A stretch of DNA of 64,000 nucleotides, taken from contig JANZZL010000005.1 in the NCBI GenBank assembly GCA_026419405.1, positions 6,689-70,688 of the forward strand, read 5' to 3'. Source of the stretch: Paracoccaceae bacterium. Lineage in GTDB: Bacteria; Pseudomonadota; Alphaproteobacteria; Rhodobacterales; Rhodobacteraceae. The notes beneath the pieces were generated by a model. The model had not been told where the DNA came from. It saw nothing but the letters and a program-made list of their open reading frames with translations, and searched no databases. This document shows positions 61,756 to 64,000 of this stretch, in pieces (the stretch's first letter is position 1; each line of letters starts with the position of its first letter). A program made the position numbers and the translations under genes.

Positions 61756-63333
61756 ATGGCGCGCATCGCCTTCATCCTACTTTGTCACAAGGATCCGGAA
61801 GGGATCATCCGGCAGGCCGAGCGGCTGACGGTCGCGGGCGATTTCATGTCGATCCATTTCGACGGGCGGGCGCCGCGGGCGGCCTACGAACGGATTTCGG
61901 GCGCGCTGGCCGGAAACCCCAACGTCGTCTTCGCATCCCGGCGCGTGAAGTGCGGCTGGGGCGAATGGAGCCTCGTGCAGGCCACGCTCAACGCCATCGA
62001 GGCGGCGCTTGCGGCATTCCCCTCGGCAACGCATTTCTACATGCTTTCGGGCGACTGCATGGCGATCAAGTCGGCCGAATTCGTCCACGATTTCCTCGAC
62101 CGCGAGGATGTCGACTACATCGAGAGCTTCGATTTCCTCGGGTCGGACTGGATCAAGACCGGAATCAAGGAAGAACGGCTGATCTATCGGCACTGGTTCA
62201 ACGAACGGGCGCGGAAACGGCTGTTCTACGCAAGTCTCGAGGTCCAGCGTCGCCTCGGCCTTTCGCGGGAGGTCCCCCGCGACCTGCAGGTGATGATCGG
62301 CAGCCAGTGGTGGTGCCTCCGGCGGGGCACGATCGAGAAGGTGATGGACTTCTGCCGGGCCCGGCCCGACGTGCTGCGGTTCTTCCGCACGACATGGATT
62401 CCGGACGAGACCTTCTTCCAGACGCTCGTCCGGCATCTGGTCGCCGATGCCGAGATCCGGTCCCGGACGCTGACATTCCTGATGTTCTCGGACTACGGGA
62501 TGCCGGTCACCTTCTACAACGATCACTACGACCTCCTGCTCAGCCAGGATTTCCTGTTCGCCCGCAAGATCAGCCCCGACGCGCAGGAGCTGAAGGCACG
62601 GCTGGGCGAGCTTTACCTTTCGACGGGCGTCTCCTTCCCGATCTCGGGCGAAGGGCGGCGCCTCTATGCATTCCTGACCGGACGGGGCCGCGAGGGTCGC
62701 CGCTTCGCCCCGCGCTTCTGGGAGAAGGAGGCGACCCTCGGGCGGAACCGCGAACTGATGATCGTGACCTGCAAGAAGTGGCATGTCGCCAAGCGGCTGG
62801 TCGCACGGGTGCGCGACAAGACGAACATCCCTGTCCTCGAATACATCTTCAACGAGGAGAATGCCGGACTGCCGGATCTTGGCGGCATCGAGAAGCGCCT
62901 CGAAAAGCGCACGCGCCACCGCCGGGCGCTCATGCGGATGCTCTATGACTGGTACGGATCGGACCGGATGCTGGTCTGCCTCGATCCGTCCAACATCGAT
63001 CTGATGCAGGATTTCTATGCCGACAAGGCGCTGGTGCGGCTGCTGGAGATCGAGTGCAGGTTTACCGACGAATACCTCATCGGCCATGCGCGCCGGGTTG
63101 GACTGGCCGGGGAGCGGACGCCGCAGGAGACGCTGGAACGCCTTCTCCCGACGATCCGCTTCGACCTCAAGTTCGAGAGCGACCGCATCCGCGACGCGGG
63201 TTTCGAGAGGGTCTACCGGATTGCCGAGGATGCCACGCCCGAACGCAATGCCGGTCCACTCGCGGAATTCCTGTCGATACCGACGGAGATGGCGCACGAG
63301 ATTGCCGCCACGAACTACCTGTTTGCCGACTGA
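61756..63333 (+). CDS. Glycosyltransferase family 14 (core-2/I-branching 'Branch' domain)-like protein with an uncharacterised C-terminal domain
   Basis: ATG at 61756. MARIAFILLCHKDPEGI..FMSIHFDGRAP..VKCGWGEWSLVQATL..FYMLSGDCMAIK resembles the GT14 Branch domain. About 270 aa of C-terminal extension (DUF5927-like from memory). Confidence 0.68.
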   Translation: MARIAFILLCHKDPEGIIRQAERLTVAGDFMSIHFDGRAPRAAYERISGALAGNPNVVFASRRVKCGWGEWSLVQATLNAIEAALAAFPSATHFYMLSGDCMAIKSAEFVHDFLDREDVDYIESFDFLGSDWIKTGIKEERLIYRHWFNERARKRLFYASLEVQRRLGLSREVPRDLQVMIGSQWWCLRRGTIEKVMDFCRARPDVLRFFRTTWIPDETFFQTLVRHLVADAEIRSRTLTFLMFSDYGMPVTFYNDHYDLLLSQDFLFARKISPDAQELKARLGELYLSTGVSFPISGEGRRLYAFLTGRGREGRRFAPRFWEKEATLGRNRELMIVTCKKWHVAKRLVARVRDKTNIPVLEYIFNEENAGLPDLGGIEKRLEKRTRHRRALMRMLYDWYGSDRMLVCLDPSNIDLMQDFYADKALVRLLEIECRFTDEYLIGHARRVGLAGERTPQETLERLLPTIRFDLKFESDRIRDAGFERVYRIAEDATPERNAGPLAEFLSIPTEMAHEIAATNYLFAD

Positions 63334-63341
63334 GGACGCCG

Positions 63342-63704
63342 ATGACCAGGACCTATGACCCCCAGAACATCTTCGCACGCATCCTGAGGGGCGAGATCCC
63401 CAACAGGACCGTGCTGGAGACACCACACACGCTGGCCTTTCACGACATCCACCCGCAGGCCCCGGTGCATGTGCTGGTGATCCCGAAAGGCGCCTATGTG
63501 GACTTCGACGATTTCGCGTCACGGGCCGACGCGGACGAGATCGTCGATCTTCATCGTGCCGCGGCAAGGGTAGTGGCCTTGCTCGGCCTCGAAGCCGGCT
63601 ACCGCGTCATTTCGAACGCGGGCGCCAATGGCGGTCAGGAAGTGCCGCATTTCCACCTTCACATCCTCGGCGGCAGAGCCCTCGGGCGGATGCTGCCCGG
63701 CTGA
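63342..63704 (+). CDS. HIT family (histidine triad) protein
   Basis: 120 aa. Has NIFARILRGEIP and the HFHLHILGG histidine triad. Confidence 0.88.
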   Translation: MTRTYDPQNIFARILRGEIPNRTVLETPHTLAFHDIHPQAPVHVLVIPKGAYVDFDDFASRADADEIVDLHRAAARVVALLGLEAGYRVISNAGANGGQEVPHFHLHILGGRALGRMLPG

Positions 63705-63734
63705 CGCCTTGCCCCGGCCGGGGCGACCGCTATC

Positions 63735-63950
63735 ATGCCGGCGCACGAAAGAAGGAGTCCGTCGAAGATGCCGATCCCCGCCCCTGAAACCGAGGTCGTC
63801 AAGGCCTGGAAGGTCGCCTGCGACGGGGGCGAGGGGGCGTTGGGCCATCCGCGCGTCTGGCTGCAGATTCCGCATGACACGGGCTGGGTGGAATGCGGCT
63901 ACTGCGACAAGCGTTACGTGCACGAGGACTTTGCGGCCAAGGCGAAGTGA
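63735..63950 (+). CDS. zf-CHCC zinc-finger protein (NDUFS6-like C-terminal domain)
   Basis: ..[32 protein letters not shown].. matches the zinc-finger domain shared with complex I subunit NDUFS6. The start may instead be the ATG at 63768. Confidence 0.7.
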   Translation: MPAHERRSPSKMPIPAPETEVVKAWKVACDGGEGALGHPRVWLQIPHDTGWVECGYCDKRYVHEDFAAKAK

Positions 63951-64000
63951 ATGTGCATCGGCGTGGCCGTGGCGCGACGCCAGTGTCCCCCGACGACGAG

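Noticed and set aside
61695-62948. A 417-aa + ORF, and the 596-aa - ORF (61777..63567), overlapping the GT14-like gene.
   Set aside because: These are out-of-frame or antisense, with Arg/Pro/Gly-rich translations. The frame starting at 61756 carries the recognisable Branch-domain motifs and a balanced composition.

Overview
High-GC (about 70% in hand-counted samples) alphaproteobacterial, Rhodobacterales-like chromosomal window. It is densely packed with about 62 protein genes and one tRNA-Arg(UCU). Main blocks, in order:
- moaE (partial), gabD, dnaE.
- A translationally coupled xdhA-xdhB-xdhC operon joined to a BMP-type purine/nucleoside ABC transporter.
- A GH25 lysozyme, an amino-acid ABC SBP plus permease, and dcp.
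- deoC plus a fused double aldehyde dehydrogenase, then trkH.
- A ybbA/ybbP-like ABC pair divergent from a tesA-like GDSL esterase.
- efp and epmA.
- A flavin monooxygenase plus DUF2783 pair close to hmgA-fahA (homogentisate pathway).
- A lipid kinase plus metallophosphoesterase pair, then kbl-tdh.
- marR-HAD and a DEAD-box helicase.
- DUF1989 and an arsR-controlled divergent SHMT-like gene.
- The F0 ATP synthase operon atpI-B-E-F'-F.
- ada-like and nth.
- A lower-GC tail with adenosine kinase, a divergent sulfotransferase / GT14-like glycosyltransferase pair, a HIT protein and a zf-CHCC protein.

I saw no CRISPR array, IS/transposase, integrase, prophage or recognisable defence genes. The most unusual signals are:
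1. A six-copy repeat family of about 55-70 bp (G6-loop-C6 hairpin followed by ..GTATTTGCAACAGGATGAAGG). Every copy points with local transcription and most sit at gene junctions.
2. One copy of that repeat sits in-frame inside xdhB.
3. The low-GC, eukaryote-like sulfotransferase/GT14 pair.
4. A MhaAB-like hydroxylase linked to homogentisate degradation.
5. Four GTGCAC palindromes phased at exactly 11 bp upstream of hmgA.

Many very long ORFs in the supplied track are off-frame or antisense artefacts of the GC content and were rejected. All functional calls rest on motif recognition by eye, and no database search was possible.
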